Shown: positions 9,950 through 19,472, counted from the whole stretch's first letter. The stretch: DNA of 59,097 nt, filler included, from 3 parts of 3 records of this genome joined end to end with filler, not necessarily neighbours in it, one strand, 5' to 3'. Numbers and translations are program-made. Notes: generated by a model from the sequence alone, not told the origin.

Positions 9950-10534
9950 TCACGCCACTTCGGGCTTCGCAAGGTGTTTGCGGAGGGCTTCGACACCTCG
10001 CAACACGTGGGATTTTACGGTGCCAAGCGGCCACCCGGTGGCTTCGGCCGCTTCGCGGTGGGTGAGGCCGGCGGCGACGCACATGACGACGCAGACGCGC
10101 TGGGCCTCTGTCAGTTTCTCCAGCGCCCGACTGAGGTCCATCCGGTCGTCCTGCTGGTCACTGGGCCGGGACCCCTGAGCGCCGAAGGGAATGATCTCGG
10201 CCGTTTCGTCGAACTCGATCTCCGGCCTTGTCTTGCGGCGGACCTGCAGGAATTCCCTCCAGCAGATGGCGCAGATCCAGGCGCTGAACGTGCCGCCGGC
10301 ATAGGTGGCGATCTTCTGCCAGGCCGTCAGGAAAGTGGCCTGGGCAATGTCGTCACCGGCAGCGGACGATCCGGTCAGGCGCCGGGCCATGCCGCGCACG
10401 CGGGCCTGGTGGCGGCGGACGAGTTCGGCAAAAGCCGCCTCGCTGCCGCGTGCAGCATCTGCTGCCAGGTCCGGATCCGTGCGCATGTCCCGTCCTTCGT
10501 CCGTGACCAGAAAGAGGTCAGGCTTTCCGTTCAT
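9950..10534 (-). CDS. ECF-family RNA polymerase sigma factor
   Basis: Region 2 (AFAELVRRHQ, DDIAQATFLTAW, FSAW) and region 4 (GLTHREAA...PLGTVKSHVLRG). The start could be 10486. Confidence 0.93.
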   Translation of the reverse strand: MNGKPDLFLVTDEGRDMRTDPDLAADAARGSEAAFAELVRRHQARVRGMARRLTGSSAAGDDIAQATFLTAWQKIATYAGGTFSAWICAICWREFLQVRRKTRPEIEFDETAEIIPFGAQGSRPSDQQDDRMDLSRALEKLTEAQRVCVVMCVAAGLTHREAAEATGWPLGTVKSHVLRGVEALRKHLAKPEVA

Positions 10535-10892
10535 TGCGACCCGACACCCACAGGCCAAGATAGGCAAGACCCAGGAAGATCGGGAAGGCGGCGACGCCCA
10601 GCATCGGGCGGATCGCTTCGCCTTCTTCCATGCCGATCATCGTGGCGAGGAAGGCAAAGGCAAGACCGGCGGCAATGAACAGCACGCCGCGGCGCAGGTC
10701 GGCCCGCACCGGATCGTTCGCCAGCGACAGGCGCACCATCATGTCGTCGGACAGGACCTGTCCCTTGTCGATGGCGTGGCGCAGCGTCTCATGGATGGTA
10801 TTGCGCTTGCGGGAATTGAAATAGCTGACCAGCCACACAATCCCGACGATAGACCCGAACAATATGGCGGGGACAAAGATTTCTTCGGCCAT
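10518..10892 (-). CDS. DUF6249-like membrane protein
   Basis: TM segment, then HETLRHAIDKGQ, DLRRG and FPIFLGLAYL. It overlaps the ECF sigma start. Confidence 0.75.
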   Translation of the reverse strand: MAEEIFVPAILFGSIVGIVWLVSYFNSRKRNTIHETLRHAIDKGQVLSDDMMVRLSLANDPVRADLRRGVLFIAAGLAFAFLATMIGMEEGEAIRPMLGVAAFPIFLGLAYLGLWVSGRNERKA

Positions 10893-10945
10893 CTCTGGCT
10901 CCTTCTTGCAAAATCGCGCGGCGGAATTGCCGCTGTTTGACTGTC

Positions 10946-10992
10946 AGATGCAGCGAAGGGCCTGAATGGATGCAGGCAGTGTGATTTTTTTT
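10946..10992 (-). promoter_or_regulatory. Candidate ECF-type autoregulatory promoter
   Basis: On the minus strand: an A9 tract, then CTGCATCC (10975-10968) and CTGCATCT (10953-10946), 22 bp apart, just upstream of the DUF6249-sigma operon. Confidence 0.4.
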
Positions 10993-11003
10993 TGAGAAAG
11001 TGC

Positions 11004-11870
11004 CTAGTTCAGCCCACCGACCGGGATGGACAGGTCCGCTACCTCGGTTGCGGCCTCAGCCTCAGCCTCGGTTTTCACCTTGTGAAGCGGCAGGGCCTTT
11101 TCGCCGCGCGTGGTTTGCGGGGCGAACCGGTTGGTCAGGCGGATTTCGATATCGGCATCGGCAGGCAGGGGCTGGCCCAGCGGCACAACCAGAGTGCGAA
11201 CGCCTTTTTCCGGCACGATCACATCTGTCAGCTTCTGCGTGATCACGATTTCTGTGCCGCTGCGGATTTCGATCACACCCTCCAGGCGCGCATGGGCGTT
11301 GCCGGTATTGGAGAAGTCGAGCCCGATGGCCGGATCTCCGGCGTCGGTGACGGTCAGGCGGCTCGCCTCGATGCGCGGACGGGAACTTGCCTTGCCGATC
11401 GTCAGGCTGACGATAGAGGCGATCTGGTTTTTCTGCCAGCGACCTTCCGCGTCCTTCATGACGGATGAAGCAAGCAGGGCCACCCGATAGTCGCCGGTCC
11501 GCGGGGGGTGTTCCGGGGTAGAGAGGTTGATGAACACCTGTTTTGACTGGCCGGGCGCCAGCGAAATGGTCGGCGCGCCGTATCGGGTCCATGCGGCGGC
11601 GGAGGTGTCGCTCTCTCCGGCAGGTGTGAAGATGGGGGCACCCTCTGCGTCAAAGGCCCAGTCGGCCAGCGCGAGCGATACGGAAACGGGGCGCGCGGGA
11701 TCAAGGTTCGCAACCGTCACGACCTGGCGCATCGGCTGGCCGGCATCCAGTTCCAGCTCCACGCTGGCGGGCTGAATTCCGATCCGGCCCTGGGCCTCTG
11801 CCATGAACGCAGCGCCCCCGGCGGCCAGAAGAGCCGCAAGGAAAGCGCGAAATGGCATTTTGGCAGGCAT
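11004..11870 (-). CDS. Secreted PapD/fimbrial-chaperone-like protein
   Basis: Signal peptide, IGIQPASVEL, SAAAW...ISLAPGQSKQV, GDYRVAL and NTGNAHARL motifs, typical of two-Ig-domain pilus chaperones. Confidence 0.65.
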   Translation of the reverse strand: MPAKMPFRAFLAALLAAGGAAFMAEAQGRIGIQPASVELELDAGQPMRQVVTVANLDPARPVSVSLALADWAFDAEGAPIFTPAGESDTSAAAWTRYGAPTISLAPGQSKQVFINLSTPEHPPRTGDYRVALLASSVMKDAEGRWQKNQIASIVSLTIGKASSRPRIEASRLTVTDAGDPAIGLDFSNTGNAHARLEGVIEIRSGTEIVITQKLTDVIVPEKGVRTLVVPLGQPLPADADIEIRLTNRFAPQTTRGEKALPLHKVKTEAEAEAATEVADLSIPVGGLN

Positions 11871-11996
11871 GGCTCAAATCCCTTGGGGGGCCAGCAATTC
11901 ATGACATGATCGTAAAAGAACCTTACCGCCCGGTTTAGATTTCCCTGCGAGCCAGTGCTTGATGGAAACCGGACGGAAGGCTAAGCGCGAAGCTTC

Positions 11997-12716
11997 ATGG
12001 TGAAACTGACTCCCAAGGCAAAGCGCAAGAAACGCAAGCACATCGCGGCGGACCTTTCGACAAGGGAAGGCCGCGCACGGGCGCGGCGCGAAATGGTCTG
12101 GCAGGACCATGGTTTCCTGCGCGCGATCTATCAGAATCTCCACCAGATCTCGCCGGACATGTACCGGTCGAACCAGCCGTCGCCCGCCAAGGTCATGAAA
12201 TATGCGAAAGAATTGGGGCTGAAGACGATCCTCAATCTGAGGGGTGAGAGCACCAAGGGCTATTACCTGCTGGAGAAGGAAGCCTGCGAACAGGCCGGTA
12301 TTACGCTGATCGATTTTCAGGTTTTCTCCCGCGATACGCCGACCCGCGAAGCGATTTTCGCGGCCCGCGACCTGTTCGAGACGATCGAATATCCGGCCCT
12401 GATGCACTGCAAGTCAGGTGCAGACCGGGCCGGTCTGATGGCTGTCCTCTATATGCTGCTCAAGGAAAAAGTCCCGTTCCATCAGGCGACTGAGCAACTT
12501 TCCCTGAAATATCTCCACATCAAGCACGGCAAGACCGGTATGCTGGATGCCTTCTTCCAGGCCTATGCCGACTTCAATACGGGGCGGCCGGAAGACGAGT
12601 GGAAGCCCTTCCTCGACTGGATCGCCGAAGACTATGACCGGCTGGAGGTGAAAGAGGATTTCCTGCGCGATTTCGGCAAGGGCATCCAGGTCGACAAGAT
12701 CCTGCAGCGCGAATAG
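11997..12716 (+). CDS. Cys-based tyrosine/dual-specificity protein phosphatase
   Basis: YRSNQP, ILNLRG and the catalytic HCKSGADRAG motif. Confidence 0.9.
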   Translation: MVKLTPKAKRKKRKHIAADLSTREGRARARREMVWQDHGFLRAIYQNLHQISPDMYRSNQPSPAKVMKYAKELGLKTILNLRGESTKGYYLLEKEACEQAGITLIDFQVFSRDTPTREAIFAARDLFETIEYPALMHCKSGADRAGLMAVLYMLLKEKVPFHQATEQLSLKYLHIKHGKTGMLDAFFQAYADFNTGRPEDEWKPFLDWIAEDYDRLEVKEDFLRDFGKGIQVDKILQRE

Positions 12717-12793
12717 CGCCGCGAAACGCCGCCGCTTCCCCCACACCGGGATTCATGCTTCGCTCGCCTATGTTACCGGTGAGGGAGACGCCG

Positions 12794-13111
12794 ATGCGCA
12801 CGATCATGCTTGCGGGGCTGGCTTTTGCCGCTGCGCTGACCGGGTGTGGCGGCCCGAAAGACAGCCACGACCAGCTTGTCGAGACCTGTATTGCGGAAGG
12901 CGAGGTGCCGGAGACGTGTGCCTGTATTGTCGATGCCATGCAGTCTGAACTCAGCCCGGACCTGTTCAAGCGTTCTGCCGTTGCGATTTCCCGCGAGAAA
13001 CGCCCGGTCGGCGAATACATTCTCAGCCTGTCGGACGAGGAAAAGATGCAGTTTTTCGATGCCGAACAGGAAATGGGAAAGTGCGAACTGTCGGCTGAGG
13101 AAGACAGCTGA
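12794..13111 (+). CDS. Hypothetical lipoprotein
   Basis: GGAG RBS, lipobox LTGC and a C..CxC pattern. Confidence 0.7.
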   Translation: MRTIMLAGLAFAAALTGCGGPKDSHDQLVETCIAEGEVPETCACIVDAMQSELSPDLFKRSAVAISREKRPVGEYILSLSDEEKMQFFDAEQEMGKCELSAEEDS

Positions 13112-13233
13112 GCGCGCAGGATAGTGCAAATCTGCACCAGCTGATGGGAGTCAGGTTCGTTTCTGACGAGTATTTGCGTGACGAACAGGGTTAATCCCCT
13201 TAGATTCCGATTTGCTCCAGAAAGGGGAAGACC

Positions 13234-13509
13234 ATGAAGTTCTTTATTATCAACAGCTTCCGCACGATGATCTACGTGGCCTATATCGCCGTCATCGTGT
13301 CGGGGATCGCACTGGGCATCTACAACAAGGGCGAATTCACGGGCGAACTCGTGGGTCTGACGGGCACGCTGGCCCAGGTGGCCGATTTCGCCGTGTTCAC
13401 CGTGGGCGGCTGGATCGCGGCCAGCCTTATCTGCGGCCTGATCGTAACGCTGCTCGACATCCGGGACGACATCAACGACCGGCTGCCGGATGCGCGCCGG
13501 GACGACTGA
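13234..13509 (+). CDS. Hypothetical two-TM membrane protein
   Basis: AGGGGA RBS, two hydrophobic helices, a C-terminal LLDIRD, and a terminator downstream. Confidence 0.75.
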   Translation: MKFFIINSFRTMIYVAYIAVIVSGIALGIYNKGEFTGELVGLTGTLAQVADFAVFTVGGWIAASLICGLIVTLLDIRDDINDRLPDARRDD

Positions 13510-13533
13510 TCTGTCTCAGCGGGGGAAAAACGG

Positions 13534-13563
13534 AGCCGCCGGCGCAAACGCCGGCGGCTTTTG
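13534..13563 (+). terminator. Intrinsic terminator
   Basis: AGCCGCCGGCG-CAAA-CGCCGGCGGCT followed by a T-run. Confidence 0.8.
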
Positions 13564-13650
13564 TATTTCGGGGCATTCCGGAAGGACAATGCAGGACTGT
13601 TTCTGACTCGGGGAGTTGCGCCTGCAGAAGCCGCAGGCCATCTAGCGCGC

Positions 13651-14997
13651 ATGGCTGATTTCAGGATTCCACCGGCAGATCTTCTTGCCGGTCTTATTGA
13701 GCAGTGCCGCAAAGCCGGCGCAGACGCAGCAGACGCCCGCATCGGTGAGGCGGACGGTGTCGGCGTCGCCGTGCGGGACGGCAAGCTGGAGAGCATTGAG
13801 CGCGAGGAAAGCGTGTCCGTTGCGCTGCGCTGTTTTTACGGCAAACGCCAGGCGCATGTTTCCAGCGCAGACCTGTCGGCTGACGGGCTGGAAATGCTGG
13901 CCCAACGCTGCGTGGCGATGGCGAAGGCTGTGCCGGAAGACAAGTATTGCGGCCTGCCGGATGCTTCCATGCTCGCCACCGGAGATCTCGACATGGATCT
14001 GACCGGCGAGCCGGAAATGCCGGCCGAGTCGCTTGAAGAGCGCGCATTGGCCGCTGAGGCGGCGGCGCTCGCGATTCCGGGCATCAAGACGGTGGCAGGG
14101 TGCGGGGCTTCCTGGAACCGCTCGAAGCGCTGGGTTGCCGCGTCCAATGGGTTTTCAGCATTCAAGACGGGATCCTCCACCAGTCTCGGTCTCTCCGCTG
14201 TGGCCGAGAAGGACGGCAAGATGGAGCGGGACTATGACTCCTGGTCGGTCCGCTTCCTCAACAAGATGCCGTCGCCCGAAGACGTGGGCAAAACAGCCGG
14301 CGATCGTACCATTGCCCGCCTTGGCGCCCGCAAGCTCGGCACGCAAAAGGCGGCCGTCATCTATGACCGGCGCGTCTCGGCCAGCCTGATCGGCGCGCTG
14401 CTGGGCGCAATTTCCGGGCCATCGATTGCGCGCGGCGTCTCCTACCTGAAAGACCGGATGGGCGAGCAGGTGTTCGCCAAGGACGTTTACATCACAGACG
14501 ACCCGTTCCGGGAAATGGGCATGGGCTCGCGCAACCATGATGGCGAAGGCCTGCCGGTGCGCGAGACGCACCTGATCGAAGATGGCCGCCTCACTACCTG
14601 GCTGCTGAACACGCCATCGGCAAAACAGCTTGGGCTGGAGCCGAACGGGTTCTCCGCGCTCGGCTTTGGCGACCCGCCCGGCGTTACGACCTCCAACATC
14701 TATCTGCGAGCCGGGGAAAAGACGCCGGAAGAGCTGATGGCGGATGTTGGCAAAGGCCTGCTGGTCACCGACATGTTCGGCCCGTCGATCAATCCGAACA
14801 CAGGCGATTATTCCGTCGGCGTCGCGGGCTTCTGGTTCGAGAACGGCGAGATCGCTTACCCGGTCTCCGAAGTCACCATCGCTGGCGACCTGCCGTCGAT
14901 GTTCTCGCGCCTCGTGCCGGCGTCGAACCTCGAATTCCGGGGTACGCGGGATGCGCCGAGTATTCTGGTGGAAGGGATGAGTCTTGCGGGTAGCTGA
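13651..14997 (+). CDS. pmbA: TldD/PmbA family protein (PmbA/TldE)
   Basis: SIARGVSYL, DDP...DGEG, NPNTGDYSVGVAGFW and EVTIAG motifs, with no HExxxH. Confidence 0.9.
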   Translation: MADFRIPPADLLAGLIEQCRKAGADAADARIGEADGVGVAVRDGKLESIEREESVSVALRCFYGKRQAHVSSADLSADGLEMLAQRCVAMAKAVPEDKYCGLPDASMLATGDLDMDLTGEPEMPAESLEERALAAEAAALAIPGIKTVAGCGASWNRSKRWVAASNGFSAFKTGSSTSLGLSAVAEKDGKMERDYDSWSVRFLNKMPSPEDVGKTAGDRTIARLGARKLGTQKAAVIYDRRVSASLIGALLGAISGPSIARGVSYLKDRMGEQVFAKDVYITDDPFREMGMGSRNHDGEGLPVRETHLIEDGRLTTWLLNTPSAKQLGLEPNGFSALGFGDPPGVTTSNIYLRAGEKTPEELMADVGKGLLVTDMFGPSINPNTGDYSVGVAGFWFENGEIAYPVSEVTIAGDLPSMFSRLVPASNLEFRGTRDAPSILVEGMSLAGS

Positions 14998-16102
14998 GCG
15001 GACGCTCCTCGAAGACATGGACACGATGCGGGCGCTCGCCCGTGAGGCCGGCCAACTGGCCGTCTCCTATCAGCGCGGCGGGCAGCCGAACCGGGTCTGG
15101 CACAAGACCGGCGGCAGCCCGGTCACCGAAGCCGACATCGAAGTGAACCGGCTCTGCGCGGCGCACCTTCAGCGCGCCCGCCCCGAATATGGCTGGCTGT
15201 CCGAAGAAACCACCGACAGCCTCGTGGCACGTCAGAAACAGCGCTGCTGGGTCGTCGACCCGATCGACGGCACGCGCGCCTATATGCGCGACGATCCGAA
15301 CTGGTGCGTTGCGCTGGCCGTGATCGAGGAAGGCCGTGCGGTCGCCGGCGTGCTGTACGCCCCGCGGCAGGACCGCTTCTACGAAGCCTGGGAGGCGGGC
15401 GGGGCCTTCCTGAACGGGCAGGCGATCCGGGTCTCCCACTGTTCGGAAGAGACCGGCTGCCGCCTGATCACGAATGAAGGCATGATCGATCATCCGAGCT
15501 GGCCGGAGCCTTGGCCGAATGTGGTCATCGCCCGGCCGAAACCAAACTCGACCCTGCTGCGCATGGCGCTGGTTGCGACCGGTGAATGGGACGCGACCGT
15601 GACGCTGGCGGGCAAGTCAGACTGGGATCTTGCCGCAGGGACAGTGCTCGTCGAACAGGCAGGCGGCACAGTGACCACCCACAAGGGTGAACCCCTTGTG
15701 TTCAATCAGGAAGTCCCTGCGCAGCGCAGTGTCATCGCGGCTGGCGCAGGGCTTCACCCTCTGTTAGTGCGCAGGACAGAATTTGTGGGTATACCTGACC
15801 CACAGGAAAGGGCGGCCAGCGCCGCCACAACCATGGAGCACAGAAAAATGGGCGACGCCCCGAAAAGCCAGCAGCAATTGCTGCACATCGTGTTTGGCGG
15901 TGAGCTGAAGGACGTAACCGGCATCGAGTTCGAAGACCTGTCCAAGATGGACTTTGTTGGCGCCTTCCCGAACTACAAGGACGCCTATGACGCCTGGAAA
16001 TCGGCGGCACAGCGCACGGTGGACCATGCCGAAATGCGCTACTTCATCCTGCACGCCCACAAGCTGCTGGATCCGCTGACGGGGGATCATCATCACGTCT
16101 GA
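14984..16102 (+). CDS. cysQ: Inositol monophosphatase/CysQ-family protein fused to a C-terminal DUF4170 domain
   Basis: SPVTEAD, LSEE, VDPIDGTR and DWDLAAG motifs, then LLHIVFGGELKD...AYDAWK..AQRTVD...RYFI (DUF4170-like). The start is uncertain (TTG 14984 or ATG 15017). Confidence 0.85.
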   Translation: MRVAERTLLEDMDTMRALAREAGQLAVSYQRGGQPNRVWHKTGGSPVTEADIEVNRLCAAHLQRARPEYGWLSEETTDSLVARQKQRCWVVDPIDGTRAYMRDDPNWCVALAVIEEGRAVAGVLYAPRQDRFYEAWEAGGAFLNGQAIRVSHCSEETGCRLITNEGMIDHPSWPEPWPNVVIARPKPNSTLLRMALVATGEWDATVTLAGKSDWDLAAGTVLVEQAGGTVTTHKGEPLVFNQEVPAQRSVIAAGAGLHPLLVRRTEFVGIPDPQERAASAATTMEHRKMGDAPKSQQQLLHIVFGGELKDVTGIEFEDLSKMDFVGAFPNYKDAYDAWKSAAQRTVDHAEMRYFILHAHKLLDPLTGDHHHV

Positions 16103-16142
16103 TCCCGGACAACCGAAGGCGCAGCGGGGGAGCCTGCGGAGA

Positions 16143-17864
16143 TTGTTCGCGGCCTATTTCCGGCCGCACCTCGGCTGGTTCGTCGGCGGCACGCTGATGG
16201 CGCTGGGCACCTCCTTGTGTGCCATGGCCTATACCTTTGTGCTGAAGCTGATGGGCGACCGCCTCGAAGCGAGCTTCGGCCAAAGCGGCAATGCCGATTC
16301 CAGCTGGATCCTGCACATCGGCGCCGCGATTGTTGCCCTTGCCGCGGCCCGGTCGTTGACGATGTACCTGATGACGCTGCTGAACAATACCGGCGTCCAG
16401 CGCGGCCTTGTCAGCATGCAGACCCACGAGTTCGAAGCGCTGATCGACGGCGATTTCGCACGCCTGTCTGAGGATGCGTCGGGCGGCTTCGTTTCGCGCT
16501 TCATCAATGACGTGAACGCGATCCGCGATGCGGCGCTGCGCTTTGCCAACAATTTCACCAAGAGTACAGCAACAACGATCGGCTGTCTCGGCGTGATGGC
16601 CTGGATCGACTGGCAGCTGACCCTGCTGATCCTCGTCGCCTATCCGATTGCGTTTGCGCCGGTCATCAGCCTTGGCAACCGCGTGCGCAAACGTTCCCGC
16701 CGGGCACAGAAGCAGGTTGGCGAGATGACCTCGCTGCTTTCCGAAGGCTTCCAGTCGGCGCGTGTGATCAAGGCGTATGGCCTCGAAGCCTATCAGAAAG
16801 GCCGGGCGCGTAGCGGCTTCGCCGAACGTTCCCGCCTGTTCCTGAAAGTCCTGGCCGACCGCGCCGCCGTCGATCCGATCCTCGAAATCGCGGGCGGCGT
16901 GGCGCTGGCCGGTATTCTCGGCTTTGCCGCCTGGCGTATTTCGCAGGGCCAGATGTCCCTCGGCGACCTTCTGGCCTTCATCGCGGCGCTGGGCGTGGCT
17001 TCGCCTGAGATCCGCGCGCTGGGCACGTTGAACTCCGTCGCGCAGGAAGGCGGCGCCGCAGCGGACCGTGTGTTCGAGATCATCGAAGCCAAACCAGTCA
17101 TGGCAGACCGGCCGGGGGCCGGGCGTTTCGGCAAAGTGTCCGGCGATGTCTCCTTCGAGGACGTCGCCTTTTCCTATCCGGACGGCACGCCCGCCCTCAA
17201 AGGGTTGAGCTTCAAGGCAGCGCCGGGAGAGACGGTTGCCATCGTCGGCCCGTCCGGCGCAGGCAAGTCGACGATCTTCAACCTGCTGCTGCGCCTCTAT
17301 GATCCCTCTGGCGGCGTGATCCGCGTCGACGGTCAGGATATCCGCGGGATGACCGGTGAAAGCCTGCGGGCCAATCTGGGCCTCGTCTCTCAGGACTCGG
17401 CGCTGTTCGATGACACGGTCCAGGCGAACATTGCGCTTGGCCGGCTTGGCGCCACCAAGGCCGAGATTGAAGTCGCGGCCCGCGCGGCTTTCGCGCACGA
17501 GTTCATCATGGCCCTGCCGCAGGGCTATCAGTCACCTGCCGGTGAAATGGGCCGGAACCTCTCAGGCGGCCAGCGCCAGCGCATCGCGCTCGCCCGGGCC
17601 ATCCTGCGCGGCGCGCCGATCCTGCTGCTGGACGAGGCGACCTCGGCCCTCGATGCCGAGAGCGAATCCCGCGTGCAGCAGGCCCTCGGCGAGTTTGGCC
17701 GCGGCCGCACCGTTCTGATCATCGCACACCGCCTGTCCACCGTCCGGGCCGCTGACCGTATCCTGGTGGTCGAGGACGGCCGTGTGGTGGAGCAGGGCAG
17801 CCACGATGACCTGCTCGCCGCGAACGGCGCCTATGCCCGCCTCGTGAAGCTGCAGCTCAGCTAA
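16143..17864 (+). CDS. ABC transporter, fused permease/ATPase (MsbA-like exporter)
   Basis: TM domain, Walker A GPSGAGKST, LSGGQRQR, ILLLDEATSALD and IAHRLST. The start is uncertain. Confidence 0.92.
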   Translation: MFAAYFRPHLGWFVGGTLMALGTSLCAMAYTFVLKLMGDRLEASFGQSGNADSSWILHIGAAIVALAAARSLTMYLMTLLNNTGVQRGLVSMQTHEFEALIDGDFARLSEDASGGFVSRFINDVNAIRDAALRFANNFTKSTATTIGCLGVMAWIDWQLTLLILVAYPIAFAPVISLGNRVRKRSRRAQKQVGEMTSLLSEGFQSARVIKAYGLEAYQKGRARSGFAERSRLFLKVLADRAAVDPILEIAGGVALAGILGFAAWRISQGQMSLGDLLAFIAALGVASPEIRALGTLNSVAQEGGAAADRVFEIIEAKPVMADRPGAGRFGKVSGDVSFEDVAFSYPDGTPALKGLSFKAAPGETVAIVGPSGAGKSTIFNLLLRLYDPSGGVIRVDGQDIRGMTGESLRANLGLVSQDSALFDDTVQANIALGRLGATKAEIEVAARAAFAHEFIMALPQGYQSPAGEMGRNLSGGQRQRIALARAILRGAPILLLDEATSALDAESESRVQQALGEFGRGRTVLIIAHRLSTVRAADRILVVEDGRVVEQGSHDDLLAANGAYARLVKLQLS

Positions 17865-17935
17865 GCCCGTTCAGGCGTGCAAGGCGCTGCGGTGTCCCGG
17901 AGCCGATGAGGTGACGGGTTTGTTTCGCTCCATGG

Positions 17936-17968
17936 AAAAACCCCGCGAAGCGGACTTCGCGGGGTTTT
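17936..17968. terminator. Bidirectional intrinsic terminator
   Basis: AAAACCCCGCGAAG-CGGA-CTTCGCGGGGTTTT between the convergent ABC and atp genes. Confidence 0.85.
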
Positions 17969-17992
17969 CTGTATCGATTGCCCGAGGGGACC

Positions 17993-18595
17993 TTAGTTGG
18001 TCAGGGCCTTCTCGATTTCGCGGGCCGCTTTCTCGAACTGGTCGACAGCTGTATCGCTGGCCAGCAGGCGGCGGGCCGCTTCGGTCGCAGCATCGGCAGC
18101 AGCGCGGCGCACTTCTTCGGTCGCTTCAGCTTCCGCGCGGGCGATACGCGCTTCGGCGAGGGCTTCACGGCGGGCGAGGCGCTCGGCGATGTCCTTGCGC
18201 GTCTCTTCCATGATGCGCTTGGCGTCAGCCTTGGCCTGCTCGATCATGGCTTCGGCTTCCTTGTCGGCGTCCTGGGCCTTGCGCTCAGCAGCGGCGAGGG
18301 CTTCGGCAGCCTGTTCGCGAAGGCTGGCAGCTTCTTCCAGTTCCTTGCGGATGGCGTCTGCGCGGGCATCAAGGCCACCCAGAACCGTCTTGAAGGCACC
18401 CATGCGCCAGGCAATGGCGAGGAAGCCACAGAGCGCCAGGAAAGCGGTGAAGGTGACCGGGTCGGTCGCGGCATAGGCCAGCCCGCCGAGGAAGCCGCCA
18501 CCACCATGGCCGCCGGCGGCCCCATGTTCGGTTTCAGCGGCAACGGCCGGGAGGGCCGATGCAGCGACAGCAGAGAAGAGGACGATGCGTTTCAT
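17993..18595 (-). CDS. atpF: F0F1 ATP synthase subunit b
   Basis: TM segment, LDARADAIRKELEEA and a coiled coil; last gene of the atpIBE-b'-b cluster. Confidence 0.92.
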   Translation of the reverse strand: MKRIVLFSAVAASALPAVAAETEHGAAGGHGGGGFLGGLAYAATDPVTFTAFLALCGFLAIAWRMGAFKTVLGGLDARADAIRKELEEAASLREQAAEALAAAERKAQDADKEAEAMIEQAKADAKRIMEETRKDIAERLARREALAEARIARAEAEATEEVRRAAADAATEAARRLLASDTAVDQFEKAAREIEKALTN

Positions 18596-18599
18596 GGTC

Positions 18600-19151
18600 T
18601 TACTTCTTCTCCATCGCGGCCGAGACGGCAGACTTCAGGTCGCCGGCAGAGGCTTTCAGACCGAACCGGGCCGTCATGGCTTCGGCCGTGTCGACAGCGA
18701 TCTGCTCGACATTTGCCATCGCGCTAGACCGGAGCGTGGCGATGCGGGCATCGGCAGCTTCCAGTTTCTTGGCGATTTCGGCATCGACGCGCGATGTTTC
18801 TGCGGCCATTTCGGCCTCCATCTTCTCGCTCGCCTTTTCCGAGGTTTCGCGGGCCTTGTTGCGGGCCTGAGCCACGCGAAGTTCGAGGGCCTGCTGGGCT
18901 TCTGTCGCCTGATCACTCAGACGGGCTGCCTGATCGAGATCCGAAGCAATCCGGTCGGAACGCTTTTCAAGCGTGTCAGACAGTTTCGGCAGGATCCAGC
19001 GCGACATTGCCAGGTACAGCGTCGTGAACAGGATTGCGAGCCAGAACAACTGGCCCGGCATGTGCCAGGTCTCGAACGGCGGGAAGGCCGGCGGTGCGTC
19101 GTCCGGCATGTGCCCGTGGGCAGCGCCTTCAGCAAGCAATGCGATCAGCAT
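18600..19151 (-). CDS. atpG: F0F1 ATP synthase subunit b' (atpG/atpX)
   Basis: FPPF...QLFWLAI...LP...R..RIASDL motifs, located between atpE and atpF. Confidence 0.9.
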   Translation of the reverse strand: MLIALLAEGAAHGHMPDDAPPAFPPFETWHMPGQLFWLAILFTTLYLAMSRWILPKLSDTLEKRSDRIASDLDQAARLSDQATEAQQALELRVAQARNKARETSEKASEKMEAEMAAETSRVDAEIAKKLEAADARIATLRSSAMANVEQIAVDTAEAMTARFGLKASAGDLKSAVSAAMEKK

Positions 19152-19235
19152 CAGGTTACCTCTGTGTCGGAGTACGACAGGATCGGGCCGGCCGGCAATT
19201 GTGCCGCCGGCCCGTTCAGGCTGGACGTTGGTCTA

Positions 19236-19472
19236 TTAGACCACGAACAGGATCAGGATGGCGACGAGGAACGACAGGATGCCGAGCGCCTCGGAGAGGG
19301 CCATACCGATGAAGAGGTTGCCGGTCTGCTGCGGCGCAGCGGACGGGTTGCGCATGGCGGCGTCGAGGAACGAGCCGAAGATGTTGCCCACACCGATTGC
19401 AGCACCGATCATGCCGAGCGTTGCGAGGCCGGCGCCGACATATTTGAGGCCGAGAGTGATATCGCCTTCCAT
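19236..19472 (-). CDS. atpE: F0F1 ATP synthase subunit c
   Basis: [14 protein letters not shown] and the conserved Glu in ALSEA. Confidence 0.98.
   Translation of the reverse strand: MEGDITLGLKYVGAGLATLGMIGAAIGVGNIFGSFLDAAMRNPSAAPQQTGNLFIGMALSEALGILSFLVAILILFVV

Noticed and set aside
9530-10678. Long + strand ORFs opposite real genes (also 16044-17498 on the minus strand, 20870-22312 and 43971-45299)
   Set aside because: Antisense shadow frames typical of biased codon usage, with no recognisable motifs.
11922-11938. CtrA-like TTAC-N7-TTTA site
   Set aside because: Both half-sites mismatch TTAA, so chance cannot be excluded.
19185-19213. GC-rich hairpin between atpE and the b' gene
   Set aside because: An ordinary intercistronic stem-loop that fits differential atpE mRNA stability.
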